Notes: generated by a model not told the origin, from the sequence alone. A stretch of DNA of 64,000 nt from Selaginella moellendorffii (GCF_000143415.4 NW_003314280.1:372001-436000), one strand, 5' to 3'. Shown: positions 1 through 13,516, numbered from the stretch's first letter. Program-made: numbers and translations.

Positions 1-129
1 GCTATTTGAAGTATTTGTTGTAAGGGTAATGTGATTCCATGTTGTAGTATTTATTCTGCAAGTGAGGTGTGCTCTTCTTGAGTGAAACTTGTTATTTCCT
101 GATTGTTTGATTGTTTGTTATGATCTTTG

Positions 130-1640
130 ATTACTTGTGGTTCTTATTCCTACAATTCAGCCTGAATTGCTTGAAGTATTTTCTTTCTTTTCTTTCATTT
201 GGTTTTTGGAATAATTTCAACTTCATCATCGTGATCTTGTTCTTCCAGATTATTCGGTTGCTAATACTTGTATTGTTGTCTCGTGATAGTTCATATTGCT
301 GATTCTTCAAAAGTTTGTGATCCATCAATTTGCACCTCAACATTTTATGTTGCTGGTGGTCTTGGCCTTAGAGCCTGATTGTTTACTCCTTGGTTATTTT
401 CATAATTTACATTTTGGTAAGGTTGTTGAGGTTGATTATCTTGCTATGGTGCATGTTGCTGGTTGTAATTGTAACCTTGAGCTTGAGGTGGTCTTTGATT
501 ATAATTCCGATATGGTTCTTGATCATAATTGTAATTTCGTGGGGGAGGATGTTAGTAGTTGTCACGAGGTCCATCACGTTGCTGATATGCATTGTAGTTT
601 CTTCCATAGTTTCCAGTATAGTTGTTTGGTCTTTGATCTTGAGGGGGTATTCTATTGTAGTTGCTATTATCTCGATGGTAAAAGTGACCTCTTTGATTAA
701 ACAAAGTATCTTCATATTGATCATAATTGTTATATCTTGAAGGTTGATGTTGTGGTGGTCGTGCATTTTGATTCCAATTTCCTTGATATCGAGGATTGAG
801 CTCTCAACGAGGAGCATTCTCGATTCTTAAAACTTTTATTGTATTCCTGTATCGGCAATTTTTGGCTATATGGCCTTCTCTTTCACAAATTTGACACTTT
901 GGGAGTTGAAATTTGCATTCCAAATATGTATATCCTTTGTTTTTACACTTTGTACACCACATTGCTTCTTAGAATTCTGTTTGTGAGATTTCCCTAAGTA
1001 TATCCTTCAAGTTTTGGTCTTTTGGTGTTTTCTTCTTTGTCTTAATGTGTATTTCTTCCTCTTCTTCATCATCTGAACTGTCATTGGTTTGTGAAGGTAT
1101 AACTTTTGTGAATTGCTTGAATTGCTTTTCCAATGTGAGGATTTCTTTGGAGAGTGTATCAACACTTTCATCATCTAGATTCTCTACTGTAATAGTAATT
1201 GCTATCATGTTTCTATAGATTTCCTTGAGTCCTTGGATATAGGACAACTTCTTCCCTTTATTTGTTATCAAATCCTTGCAGCGCTTGGTATGAAACTTAA
1301 ATCTTCGAGTGTAATCTTGAATTCCTTCACGTGGTTTTTGCTTGAAGTTTTTGATGATCTCATAGTGTTCTTTTGGAGTTCCACCGGTCTGGAATTGCTC
1401 TTTGAATTGTGTGATCTTTTTGTCATGGGTCAAAGCATCATTGAGTGTATTATGCCAATCAAATGTTTTTCCTTTAAGTGTGTATAGAAAAAGTATTACT
1501 TGATGCATTTCCTATTTGTTCATCCTTATAATTTGATCAAATTGTTTAAGATGTTTGTTTGCATCTTTGGTTTTTCCACCAGTAAAAATGGGATAGGAAA
1601 TCATGTTCCCTATAGCTGTCACTAGGTTGATGATTGCCAT
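130..1640 (-). pseudogene. gag: Retrotransposon Gag (capsid + CCHC knuckles), with stops and frameshifts
   Basis: MAIINLVTAIGNMISYPIFTGG...LFLYTLKGKTFDWH...FKQKPREGIQDYTRRF (ORF 969-1508), followed by CTKCKNKGY..ECK..PKCQICEREGHIAKNC at about 850-960 and an N/Q/Y-rich tail. Confidence 0.8.
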
Positions 1641-2062
1641 TTAAAGTTGTAGACTTTGTTGGTTGAATTGTTATTCTGGTGAGTTTGGATTTGAATAAAA
1701 CTCTAGTGCTGTGTATTCTGCTTCTTCAAATGCTTCAAACTCTAGGGTGTCTTTGATATTTAGTTCTTTGTTATCTTTGGCTGGGTTGCTCGACTTGGCA
1801 ACTTGAATTTGTTTATCCTTTATGTCGTATTTCTCTAATATCGTTTTTAAAATTTGTTGTTGTTGTTATTCTAATTTCTCTTTTTCTATCTCTTCCTTTT
1901 TCACTTCTCGATTCTTTTGTTGAAGATGTCTTTCCTAGATCTTGATTAGGTCTGGTTTGTGTTTGTGCATTCTGTTTGCTGAGTCTTCTCGACTTGAATG
2001 TCGAGGTAAATTTCCTGAATTTGTGTTTCACCTAAGTTGTCTTGAGTCAAATGTTGTTCTTC

Positions 2063-2270
2063 ATAAATTGCAAAGTCAAGCTCTTACGTCTTGAGTCTTT
2101 TGCAAGTTTTGATTTTTGCATAAATGCGAAGTCAAGCTCTTGTATCTTGAGTCTTCTACAAGTTTGGTTTTGTTGTATAAATGCAAAGTCAAGCTCTTGT
2201 GTCTTGAGTCTTCTACAAGTTTGGTTTTGTCGTATAAATGCAAAGTCAAGCTCTTGTGTCTTGAGTCTTC
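2063..2270. repeat. Tandem repeat, ~60-bp unit, ~3.5 copies, in the leader of element A
   Basis: ataaatgcaaagtcaagctcttgtgtcttgagtcttctacaagtttggttttg recurs with 60-bp period (about 2120, 2180, 2235). Confidence 0.9.
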
Positions 2271-5172
2271 AATCAAGTTTTTCTTTCTTGATTCTTCCCG
2301 AGTTTCTTCTCGAGATCACTTTCCTGAGTCTAGCTCAGGAAAGGTCTTGTATTTGAAAAATCTGGTGGTGTAAGTAAGCACAATTTTGTTTGTTGAAAGG
2401 AGGTCGATTGTGTCATAAATTGATCGATATAGCTGTTCGCTAGTAATATTGGATACTACTCACCAACTTTGGAATTGAGTATGTATGCAAACGATTGCAA
2501 CTCTCTTTAGTAGTCCAATCTTGTCTAAATTCTTGAACAATTGTTTTGGTCTCTTACAATGTGTTGGTTGTACTAGAATGCGAGCTTTCACTATGAGCGT
2601 TTGTGTTTCCCAGTCGATGGTAATATTTGAAAATGCTAAATACAGTAGTGGTTGTATTTTTAATGTCCTAGCTTCACCTTCTTCGAATGATATAGGTTTC
2701 CAATTTCATAATTCTTGTATATTTCTTGTCTCAAGTGATGTCCACACGTCAAGGTATGGATTCCAATAGATTCTTGTTGCTTTAAGCATATGTGTGCGCA
2801 GATCTATCTAGCACGCTTTTGCCTATAGTCCTTCCTTTATCTTGAGGTTGGTAAGCTCATGTATCGCACTCCCAACTGGTGTAATAAATCCTCTAACAAA
2901 TTTTCATTTGAGTATTTCCTGAACTTCTCTAAGCAGGAATCTCGGAATTTCTTCGTAAATTCGAGTTACAGTGTCCTAAATATACCACTCAACTTCTTCC
3001 TTGAGAAAAATAAATTCTTGATCGATGTACACAAAAGATCTCCATGAAAGCTCAAGGATGACTCTCCACGTATACAATTCTTATTTGTCTTGTTTCCTAT
3101 AAACTTCACGCCATATATGCTAGTGCTGTTGCAAATTGGTGTATAGTTTTCTTATAAACTATATTGAAGATTTGTTCTTGAATCTCAGATGGTAGCTACT
3201 TGATTGCCTCTAAAAAGCTTTTAGAGTCTTGCATCTAACGAGGGATTTCCTCATCTCGCTAGTTTCTTGTGCAAGCTAAAAAATTCCATGTTGCGTCATT
3301 GCTATCGCTTTCATCATGTGTGCTACAGAATTTTTGGTGATTGTTCATTTTCTTATAACATTCTTTCCCTTTGGTTCTTTTATTTGCCGGACAATTTGTG
3401 TAATAGTCGCAAGACTGTTTCTTGGAATTTTTGAAAGCAACTCGTGCTCTGTTTCTCTTCTTTTTCTAAACTATCGTCACTCTTTTTGGTGTTATTTTCT
3501 TGGGCTATTTCTTCTCGTTTTTTTCTCTCTTCCATTGTGGCATTTTCATCTTTGATTCGGAGTCTTGCTTTTGCTTGCTTGCAAGTGTCGCATTGCCATT
3601 TTGGATAGCATTGCTTGTATGGTTTTGCACAATTTCTAAAACCACACAAAAGGCAGTCTTCGTATTTTGTGCATCTTATGTCTCCAAATGGGCAGTCGTG
3701 CTTTTTCATTCTTCCTCCATCTCCAACCGCTAGAAATTTTTTTTTGATCGTTTCTTTGTCACAGATTCTTGGAATATTTGCTTTCTTCAGGCTCTTGCTA
3801 AAAACGGTTATGCATATGCTCCAAGTTTTCTACGACTTGGGTGGCTTCAATCTTCAAGTGTTCTCCATGTTTTTGGTCTTACGCTCCATTGTTTTCTTCA
3901 TTTCTCCATGGTCTTCCACCATTTTTGTTTTACAGTCTTGTTTTTCTTGATTTTTGGGTCTTTTTCTTCCTATGCCATTTTCTTGTGCGTCTTTGGTCTG
4001 TTTTCCTTGAAGTTTTGGGGGAAATGATTGTCTTGGTTTGCTCTATCCTATGAGCTCTTCACGTCACCTTATCCCACAATGGTTTCTAGTGAAAACTTCT
4101 AGATTCTCTAAACTAGGAGGAAAACATCCACACGAGATCTTCCTAGAAGGTTTCAAATCTAATCTAGTCCTTAAATCTAAAATTACATTACGAGAAGAGT
4201 GCACTTACCTGCTTGTGCCAATCCAAGACGAGACTATGAACACAAGCATGAAGGTGTTAGTCCCACACCTTTGATCCCTTGAAGACAGTGGGTAAGTAAG
4301 ACATTGCCATGAAGAGCCAAAGAGATAGGCAGAAAGACAATGTATTGCAATGTATTTTGTATTAGGGATAAATCTAAAAACATTCTAAGTCCTACTTTTA
4401 TAGTTGCTACTACTCACATCAAGGTTAGGAATACAGTCTTAACCTTGAACCTCTCAAATTTGTGTTCCTAAGTGTGAACTTCTGAGCTTGCCTTTTTTTT
4501 TCCTCTTTCTCTATGTCAATATTTTCTAGATTAGCATCTTCCATTTTATGGGTGGAGGCCTTGGCATCAACAATGTCTTATTGTTGCTATTGAAGTGGAA
4601 AGTCTAGACACCAAGATTCTTGTGGGAAACAAAAAGTTGTGCGAGTAGTGGAAGGATCTCGTGCGAATAAGTCTCTTTCATAAGTATCATCAAGTGTTCA
4701 CTTGACATCAATTCATCTAGTGTTTACTTTTCAAACTTGTTTTTATAACAATATATCTCCTATTATTTTCTCTATGTTGGTTGATATAACCTTGAGTTTA
4801 TCTTCTATTGCTTGGCCTATTACCCATACGTTGTTATCTATATTTGTGTCACGTGGTAGAGCCAGTTTTTATTCTTTATAGCAACAATTGTACACATGTA
4901 TGTGCACGGGATGAGATGGACCTAGTTGTGCATGTGGGTGATTTTGAGCTTGAGCTTCAATTGTTGCAAGTGGTGCTAACCCAAGCTTTTGACCTCATCC
5001 TTAGTATAGATTAGTTGCAATGCAATCATACCAAGTGTAACTTTGAGGCTTCTCCCCTTTATCTCATACTTTTTAAAAGTGGGGCTCTTGGGAGAGCTGT
5101 GGCTCTTAGCTTCTATTCATGAGGGTGTGAACTTACAGGGAAGCATGGTAGATTGTAAACAACCAAAGAGAA

Positions 5173-5992
5173 TCAAATATAATAGGAAAGGGCCTATAAA
5201 TAAAAGTGCACCTCATTTTCTAATCGGTTAAAGGTCTTGGGATATTTGGGGTTAAACGTCCTTGGGTTTGAATAGTATTGGGTTGAGTGACCTTCTAAGA
5301 TATTCAAATTCAGGAGCTTACACATACGCCTAAAGACTCCACGATTTTCATATAACACTTTTCTCTAACATCTCCTTGACATTTGCAGATAAAATTTTAA
5401 TCTCCTTTAGTGATTGATCATCTCCTTGACATTTGCGGGTAAAATCTTAATCTCCTTTAGTGATTGATGATAAACAGGAACCTTAATTGGATGAGCATCC
5501 CTAGTTGGATTTGGCCCCAAATGACAGGTCAAATTCAAAAAGATTAGCATACTTCTTTATAAACTAGTCAACTACTACAACACAAAGATCGTTAGATAGA
5601 TCTGAAGAGAGAATAGAAAAACAAAACATAAATATATAAGGAAATAATGGGAAGACAAAAGTGATGAAAACAAAGGTAAAAACAATGGGACAAAAAGGAA
5701 CAAAAGTGAGAGGAATGGAAGAAATTGACACTTTACCCCTCGAGCCGAGCCCAGTCGGAGCAAATTAGATGTCAATCAACATGTGGTGCAATTCCTCTAA
5801 GCCAACTAATAAAGTTAAACCCAAGACTTGCTCTGATACCAAATGTAAGCTCATAAATTTAGACTTCCTAGAAAGTCACACAGCCTAGTACTATTCAAAC
5901 CCAAAGACACATAACCCCAAGTATCCCAAGACCTTTAACAATTAGAAAATGGGGTGCATTTTTATTCATAGGCTCTTTCCTATTATATTTGA
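5173..5992. repeat. Inverted pair of ~150-bp LTR-end fragments (5173-5322 and 5844-5992); tRNA-Met PBS on minus at 5830-5841
   Basis: 5173-5322 is a diverged reverse complement of 5844-5992; both end in GAGCTTACA. The minus copy is followed by TTTGGTATCAGAGC. Confidence 0.8.
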
Positions 5993-6039
5993 ACCGTATA
6001 GATTGTCTCTCGAGTTGTTCTCTTTGGTTGCTTGCAATA

Positions 6040-6986
6040 TGAACCTCATCTTGTCATGAAGCCTACTAGGACTATTTACTTTTGCATCGACTATTGGCTA
6101 TTAAATGAATTGACTATCTCAGATGTGTATTGATACTTCCTCATATTGATGATCTTCTAAATTGTCTAGGGGGAAGCTATTGGTTCACCAAGATAAATCT
6201 TACTTCTAAGCATTGGCAAATGCCGATAGCCAAGAATAATGTTCCTAAGATTGCTTTTCTTACACCATTTGATTTATATAAATTCTTGATGATATCATTT
6301 AGTTTGAACAATCCTTAAGCTACTTTCCAACAGATGATGGATAAGGTTTCTTACAATATACCAAATGTAACTATTAACTTCATTAATGATGTTTTGATCC
6401 ACTTGGAGGGTATGTAAAAGGAGCACATCCATGCTGTTCAAAAAATGCTGAATCGGTGTAGGAAGTTGGTTTAAAGTTGAAGCAGTTGAACTGCATGTTT
6501 GGGTCCAAGAACACGATTTATTTTGGGTACTGCATTTCTCATGAAGGTTTGCAAGTTAATCTAGAAAAACTTGTGGTTATTTTAAAGTTCCCTACTCCGA
6601 AGTGTGTGAATGATGTGCAACACTTTCTGGGCAAGGTGCAGTATCTCGGTCATTTTGTTGATCATCTTTCTAATAAAACTGCATCATTGCGAGCATTGTT
6701 GAAGTCATCAATATCATCTTTCATTTTGTTTGAGGATTGCAAATAGACCTTTATAAAACTCAAAGAGTTGTCAATGACTCCTCAAATTTTGGCATATCTA
6801 GACTATATTTGACTTTTTATTTTGCGTATAGATGTTTTATATATCAGTTTTAGAGGTGTTTTAATGCAAAAAAGTATAAGTAGGCCTAATCAGCATCATC
6901 CTATTATATACATTACAATTAATAGAGGTGAAGTACTCCACAAGGAAGGAGTGTTTAGCAGCAATTTAAGGTTTTGAGAAGCTTCA
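6040..6986 (+). pseudogene. pol: Decayed gypsy pol (RT and start of RNase H) of old host element H, part 1
   Basis: LPHIDDLLNCLGGSYWFTKINL...KIAFLTPFDLYKF and YFGYCISHEGLQVNLEK...DVQHFLGKVQY are RT motifs. Many stops. Interrupted at 6987 by element B. Confidence 0.9.
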
Positions 6987-7214
6987 TGTGAGACACAAAA
7001 TCCCTAGGCCCCAAAGTGGAGCCGGAAGGGTGCCACGTGGTAGTGGCCGAAGCGAAAGTCAAACGAGCATAACACGTTTGGACTAAAAGCTCCGACTTGA
7101 AAGGTCAAGAGCGGGAGTGGAACTCCCAACAAAGTGCTCGAGGAACAAGCACGAAGCGAGCAATAAGCGAGGCTCCAAAAAGGGACCCAAAAGGACCAAC
7201 ACATGACACATGGA

Positions 7215-7690
7215 AGTGTCCGAGATGGAGTCCAAAATGGACCCAAGTTGGACCCCAAAATGGAGTCCGAGATGGACGAAGACGGAGTCCGAGATGGAGT
7301 CCGAGGTGGAGTCCGAGGTGGAGTCCGAGATGGAGTCCGAGATGGACCGAGACAGAGTCCGAGGTGGAGTCCGAGGTGGAGTCCGAGATGGAGTCCGAGA
7401 TGGACCGAGACGGAGTCCAAGATGAAGTCCAAGATGGACCGAGACGGAGTCCGAGATGGAGTCTGAGATGGAGCCGAGATGGAATCTGAGATGGAGTCTA
7501 AGAAGGACCCGAGATGGAGTCCGAGGTCGAGACTGAGACCGGGACCGAGACCGGGACCGGGACCGAGACCGAGACCAAGACCGGGACCGAGACCGAGACC
7601 GAGGCGGAGGCCAAGACCAAGACCGAGGCGGAGGCCGAGACCAAACCCGAGTCCAAGTCCGAGTCCGAGTCCGAGTCCGAGTTCGAGTTT
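7215..7690. repeat. Minisatellite inside the B LTR: 12-bp GAGTCCGAGATG units, then 6-bp GAGACC/GAGTCC units; counterpart at about 22050-22365
   Basis: Direct reading. Copy number differs between the two LTRs. Confidence 0.95.
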
Positions 7691-9393
7691 GAGAGGGTGA
7701 AAGCCCAAAGCGTTCGTCTCCCAGACCCTGGGGGGTTTGGTGAGCTCCAAAAGTATAGTAAGGGGGAGGACTGCAGTGGAGCCAGTTTGGCTAGGAAAGG
7801 CCAGTTTGGCCCAAGAAGGCCAGACCCAGTGTTGGGTGATGAACTGACCATTGAGAAGTCCAAGACTAGAGTGAATACAGACCAACAAGTGGGGTAGCTT
7901 GGTGAAGTGTTCAAGAGCCGGCTCTAGTTCCCCCAGGAGATCGACTGGCCGATGCTCCCAGTCCAAGTGTGGGTGGCACTACCTACTTGGATACCAGGCA
8001 TGGCTCAACGAAACCTCACTCTAAGCCCATGGCTAGAGCACCTAAAGGCGGAAGGTGGGGAGAGTACCCACGGGGCTCACATAGGCCCACGGTGTTCCGA
8101 AATGTTGTCCCAGAGTCCCAAATGGGGGAAAGGAGGAGGAGCAGTCCTCTAGTGTAGTGACTAAGGATACAGTCACATGGTGAGGAAGTCCCAGAGGACC
8201 ATGGGACTTAGTGGTCGGGCCTGTGGGCCTTGATCTAGTGGCAGTGTAGGCGAACATGGCCATGGACAGTAAAGGGACTTGGTGGGGACCAAAAAAGGGA
8301 CATTGGGGGAAGGCTATTCCCCATGTCTGTCGGCATCCTAAGGATGCTAAGGAGTGGATCTGGGATGATCACTCATGAACGGATGGCCCAGTCTTTGAGA
8401 GACGGGATTGTGATGGAGGTGGTGTCAGACCACCGGTGTGACCAAGGTGAATGGGCATGGCCTTAGCGTAACGGGCTGATATGTTGGTGGTACCTTGGAG
8501 TGTCGGTCATGGGATCGGTCACGTGGAGCACTTGGACAAAGTGCAAAGGTTGAGTGGCGGGGATGCCATTCTCGGGGTTAGCAAGCCCAAGTTTGAAATA
8601 ATGCTCTATTTCGTTAAAGTGGGATTTATTCAGTAAAATGGGACTAGGTACAAATTTTCAAGTATTTGAAAATGACGTGAAATTATATGTTTTTTGTCCA
8701 GGATCTAGACATATCTGGGGCATGGTGACTAGCGCGGTGACTTTGTGTCTAGACTGAGTCCATCTAGTTGTATAATAAATCTCATTGTCAAGGTGAACAA
8801 GTCGAATCTAAAGCTAAAGAAGAGCGATGGCATGCGCGCACACACTATTTGTTTGTTCATTGAGTGTGTGGTGAGCTTTCCAAGATGAACGTCATTCCTA
8901 TTAGCCAGACATATAACTTAATGGTGAGAACATTTAGATATTATTCAATGTTATCTTTTTCTAACGAATCTAATTGTGAAGGTGTAGCAAGAGGCATTGT
9001 TAGTCTGGAGAAGTCATTTAACTCATTTGACCCTTAGTGTATTTTCATGAAACTAAATAACATTCATATTATTAAGGAATTTCTCTAGTACCTTTTTTTT
9101 ACGACATAGAGGCTTGCATTTCTTTCAAAGGTGATTTAGTAAAAGGCCTGAGGGCACATGCCATTCTATTTCTCAGACCGGTATTAAGATATACTAGTGC
9201 AAAGGGAAAAAAGGTATTTGGTGATCAAGTAAATGGCATGAGGGCACACGCCATTATAAGCCTAAGCGCTAGTGGACACCTCCTTTTTGGTGTCACGCCT
9301 CACGCCATCATGCCATGCCATCACACCTCCTCTGATTTAGATTCGGATTGTTCACCTTGAAATAAAATACATTAGAAACTTAGTAAAGGAATA

Positions 9394-12196
9394 TTAATGA
9401 ATCTCACCTTGAACCCGGGTTATGAATGCTCTTGCTGCATCTCTTGCATGGTCTGGCAAGGTGATGGTGGCACTCTGCTTCCACATCCAACCATGCACAA
9501 CATTATCCACCGATATGCTCATGCTGGGATCCCTTGGATTCAGCACCCATCTCTTTTCTAGGCAATCCTTCGTATATCCGGAACTTGGCTTGAACCACTC
9601 CACAGTTACATTGAAGGAGTTAGTTTCCGGTTTAGGGTTTAGGGTAAACCCTAAACCCTAAACCCTAAACCCTAAAGCACGACCATTCCTTTGCAGACCT
9701 GTACTGGATTGAATGCTGAATCCGGCTTCTTGTTCCTCGGCCCACAATAGTGATCCTCAACATCGTTTTCTATCACTGCATTTCCAGAGGACATTATTCC
9801 GCTACTATCTGGTGCTCTGGGTTCTAGCCAAAAGGACTCTTCCAATTCTTCATATACAACCGGCCCATTTTGGATAGCAGATATAATCTTATCCCAGTAT
9901 TCGAGCAAAGGCTTGCACCTCTTAAAATAGGATTCTCCACCAAACACCAACCCCCTCTTCCAGAAGGCAATATGCTGTCTAATCCCGGCCACTATACTTT
10001 CCTGGTCTTTGAGTCCATCCGGGTGCATCGGCCGTGGGGAACCCTGAGGAATCATAGCTTCCCCAGTTATGGGATCTCTCTTGAAGAGTTCAATGCCGTC
10101 CACTGGCAGCCATACTGTATCCCATTCTCTCATCTTGTACCTCATCACTGGAGCACCGTCACGCATGCTGAAATGAAACTGAAGAGGCTTGGAGTGGCGA
10201 ATCAGCGTTTCGGATCCGTCCCTGATGTAGCCTCTTACAAACCCCTTAAAGTCTGGAACCTCTGTCACAAGTGCAGCTTCAACAGTGCCTTTGATGCAAT
10301 TTTGGAATTCATCGTAGAGTTGTGGGAGGGTGAGGACATTGGATTGCCGGAGGGACTCTGCCAGGTGACTGAACATGGCATCGACGTCTTCATGAGTGTG
10401 CCCAACCATAAGAAAGCCAAGTGTAACCGTTTCAAATATGCCTTTGGCAACAAGCATCGCCAAGTACGCGAAGACATACATGTTTTTCTTCTCACTGCCA
10501 GCATTGTCTGTTTGGAGCAGAAGATGGGGTGGAAGGCCACATCGGCCGCAAGAACTTCCTTGAGATTCTGCTTCGTTTGGATGAGGCTGTGCATTCACCG
10601 GGCGACCAGCCTCGTCGGAATGGCATGAGGCCTCACGTGATAACCCTACAATCTGACGGCCAACATATTCACTGGGATGGCATGGGGCCCCACGTGATAC
10701 TGCAAGCCTTTGCTCCTCCTCCAGCTGAACCCTGTATGGGGTTCGATCGACAAGGGCCTTATGCAAGGGTTGGCCGTTCAGCTCAGTCTGCACACTTTGC
10801 AGAGACCTTAAGTGTTTTGCTAGGGACGCAATCATCATGTTTGCACCCCCGCCACCCCATAGAGGTACAAAGAAGTTCCCATAGTTCTGGGCACTATGCC
10901 CATGAGCGATTATGCCAAACAGAGACATAGGCAGCTGCATGGATGAAGAGATTGCTTTGGGGGCAGGATTGAGTCGAGGTAAGCACGTCTTTTTCTGGTC
11001 CATTTTGTCGTGGATGATGCAGAGGTAAGAGTCAGGTCTCTCCATGGAGAGAATCCTGTTATGATAATATGCAGTCCTGCAGCTTCTCTGCTCGATGTTG
11101 TGGTCGAGCCGCCTTCTAACCAACGTCTCTCGCTCTTGAGCGATGCAAGAATTCTTTAACAAAGCCATTTTGATAGCAGTGCACTCGTCACACTTTGAAA
11201 AGCTTGAGTACTTTCCTATACTCACATCCCTGAACCTGTTGCTCCACAATCTACTAAATCTAGATTGGCTCAGCTTCCTGTAGCCATTACTCTGGAGTTC
11301 CCGATTCACATCTTCCAATATGGCCCCCTTGGTATACATGGAAGGGAGAACTCGTTGGGTGTCTCGAGTTCCATCTTCCAAGAGGCGGGTTTTATGTGGT
11401 TGCTGCTCGCTACATGTCTCGACAAACCTCTTGAAGATTGCCTCTCCATATACAACATGACCCCTGGTTTTATGAGTACCGTCGTTCCCATGGACTGCCT
11501 GTTGAACCCTTTGTTTCTCGAACTCAGTTTTGATTCTGTAGAATGTGATTCGAGGGACTCCATAAATGATTCTTCATGCCTTCATGCAGACCAAACCCCT
11601 CTGGAAGACCATGCCCCCCACCTGATGTTCTGAAGCATCAACAGATGACCGTAATGCCTCATACACAAAATTGCGAGCTACCTTCCAGGACAATGTCTTG
11701 TATCTTGGTCTCTCCTCTTCAATAGCATCCCAATCAGCATGTTGACAGCACCTCCTCTTGCAACAAGCAACTGTCGAGACCATTCGAACCTCCATCGCCA
11801 TTTTCTGCCTTTTCGGTTCGTTGCTCAGATCCTTTGGCTGCGCTTTAGGAAGGTGTACTTTCTTTTCCCATGAAGAGATGTTCTATCATCAGTTGTAGTG
11901 GTGTTTGATTGTGAATCCTTCACATTCTCAAACACTAAGTGCCTCAATTTCCACCGCACAATGCTTCCAATAGTCAGACTGTTTTCTTCTGTGTCAACAA
12001 CCTCTAAAATCGCAACTCCAATATCATCCCAGCCCAATTCTTGATTAGCAACTGCATCTCTTGGATCGACAACTATGGCTAAGCCCTCAACTACCACCTC
12101 CCCCTCGGGGTTGTTTAGAAACACCTTTGCCTGAATCCATGTAGCACGGTTCTTAAGATCCACGGAGGGAACATGTGTCGCACTTGCGGAGGCCAT
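9394..12196 (-). pseudogene. Sola-type DDD transposase, disrupted
   Basis: Motifs CCKRRCC, VCMKA*(W)RIIYG, FSKCDEC, IIHDKMDQ, LQTDNAGSEKKN, GFLMVGHTHEDVDAMFS. Frameshift near 11830, in-frame TGA at 11574-11576 (same frame as ORF 9672-11381), telomere-repeat interruption at 9629-9676; C-terminal part in ORF 9394-9603. Confidence 0.85.
9629..9676. repeat. Head-to-head interstitial telomeric repeat (TTTAGGG)2 / (CCCTAAA)4
   Basis: ggtttagggtttagggt-aaaccctaaaccctaaaccctaaaccctaaa. Confidence 0.95.
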
Positions 12197-13489
12197 TCTG
12201 AAAGTGCAGAAAAGAAGTTAAGACCATACAAGAAATGATTGGAGAATGGCCTAAATCATAACATACCAAACAACCTCAATAGCATGAGGCCACATGCCAT
12301 TATTCAAACATGCTATTGACACCCACGTGAAATTTCACATTCATAAAATTGGCATGAGGCCTCATGCCATTAGTGGTACCACTAATGGCATGAGGCCTCA
12401 CGCTATCTTTGGCCCCTGCTAGCCATGAAATTGCAAGGGCCCAAGATGGCATGTGGCCTCATGCCATTTCTAAATGTGGTCCTAAGCCATTCCATGGTGA
12501 ACATACCAGGAAGCACAAGTGCTGAATATCAAGAGGAAGCGGTAGCCACACCAAAGACAGTGCCGCTCGCAACACCGCAACTACTCGTAGCGCCACTCGC
12601 AACACCACAACTGCTCGTAGCGCTGCTCGCACAAACTGCCACTCGCATAAACTACCGTTCGCAATGGCGCTCGCAATGCCGCAACCACTTGTAGACGCAT
12701 AAACCACAGCTCACAACGCCGCTTACACAAGCAGCGCTCACTGTGCTCAGTGGAACCAAGAACACAGCGCACAAAAATGATAGACCTAGGAATGAGTTCG
12801 AGAATTCAAAAATAACACACGCTTGAACGTCACATCAAATCCTCTGACAAACCAGATCTTATGATTCCTCTGACAAATTTCAAATTGAGTAGCTTCTAGA
12901 CTTTGCTGTCGGAGGTTGAACTTTGTCACATCATGTCCTTGCCTCGATCCAGCTGTGCCATGTCAGTGATTCGAACTTTGCCATGCCATGTCAGAGATCC
13001 GCGCCAAGATTATTCGCTGTGTAAAGGAATAATTATGCTGTGTGTGTACGTCCATTTATGGCAATATAAGGCCACACGCCATTCAAAGAATAATGCTAGT
13101 CGAGCATTTTTTGGTGCATTTTTGGGTTCAAAATTGCATGAGCCCACACGCTATAAAGTTTACCTGTACCAAAAATAGAAACAGCTTTATTTATTTGGGA
13201 ATTTAAGTGGTTGAGGCATTTTTAAACTTACAAACACATGCCCTACTTACATTCCTTTGGTTGCTTAAAATTCAAAAATATTATAAACCTTTCTTTTTGC
13301 ATTTTCAATGTTTTCAATTATGGTTTTTGATTTTCGCAGGACCAGCCTAGTAATCTATTTGCATCCCGTCATGTTTATAGCTAGCTTTCGTTTGTCCCCT
13401 TTGCTAGCCTGAGATACATCTGCTTGGCATCTGCCTCTTACAGCATTTGCCCAGAAAGGGCATCTTTCTTCACGCAGCATTTGCCACAT

Positions 13490-13516
13490 GTTTAGGGTTT
13501 AGGGTTTAGGGTTTAG
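13490..13516 (+). repeat. Interstitial telomeric repeat (TTTAGGG)~3.7
   Basis: gtttagggtttagggtttagggtttag. Confidence 0.95.

Larger units (their letters stand above)
1..4310 (-). mobile_element. Degenerate Ty3/gypsy LTR retrotransposon A: 5' internal region and gag, running off the window start
   Basis: Minus-strand gag remnant with a double zinc knuckle almost collinear with that of element C. Possible LTR/PBS junction near 4310 (CTCTTCA-TGGCAA on minus, similar to the CTCTTCA-TTTGGCGA junction of C). LTR boundary uncertain. Confidence 0.7.

Noticed and set aside
7004-7966. Long ORFs on both strands (320 aa etc.; also 21971-22630)
   Set aside because: By-products of stop-free 6/12-bp minisatellites in the B LTR; low-complexity translations in all frames.
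9870-10628. 252-aa plus-strand ORF
   Set aside because: Antisense shadow of the transposase with no recognisable motifs.
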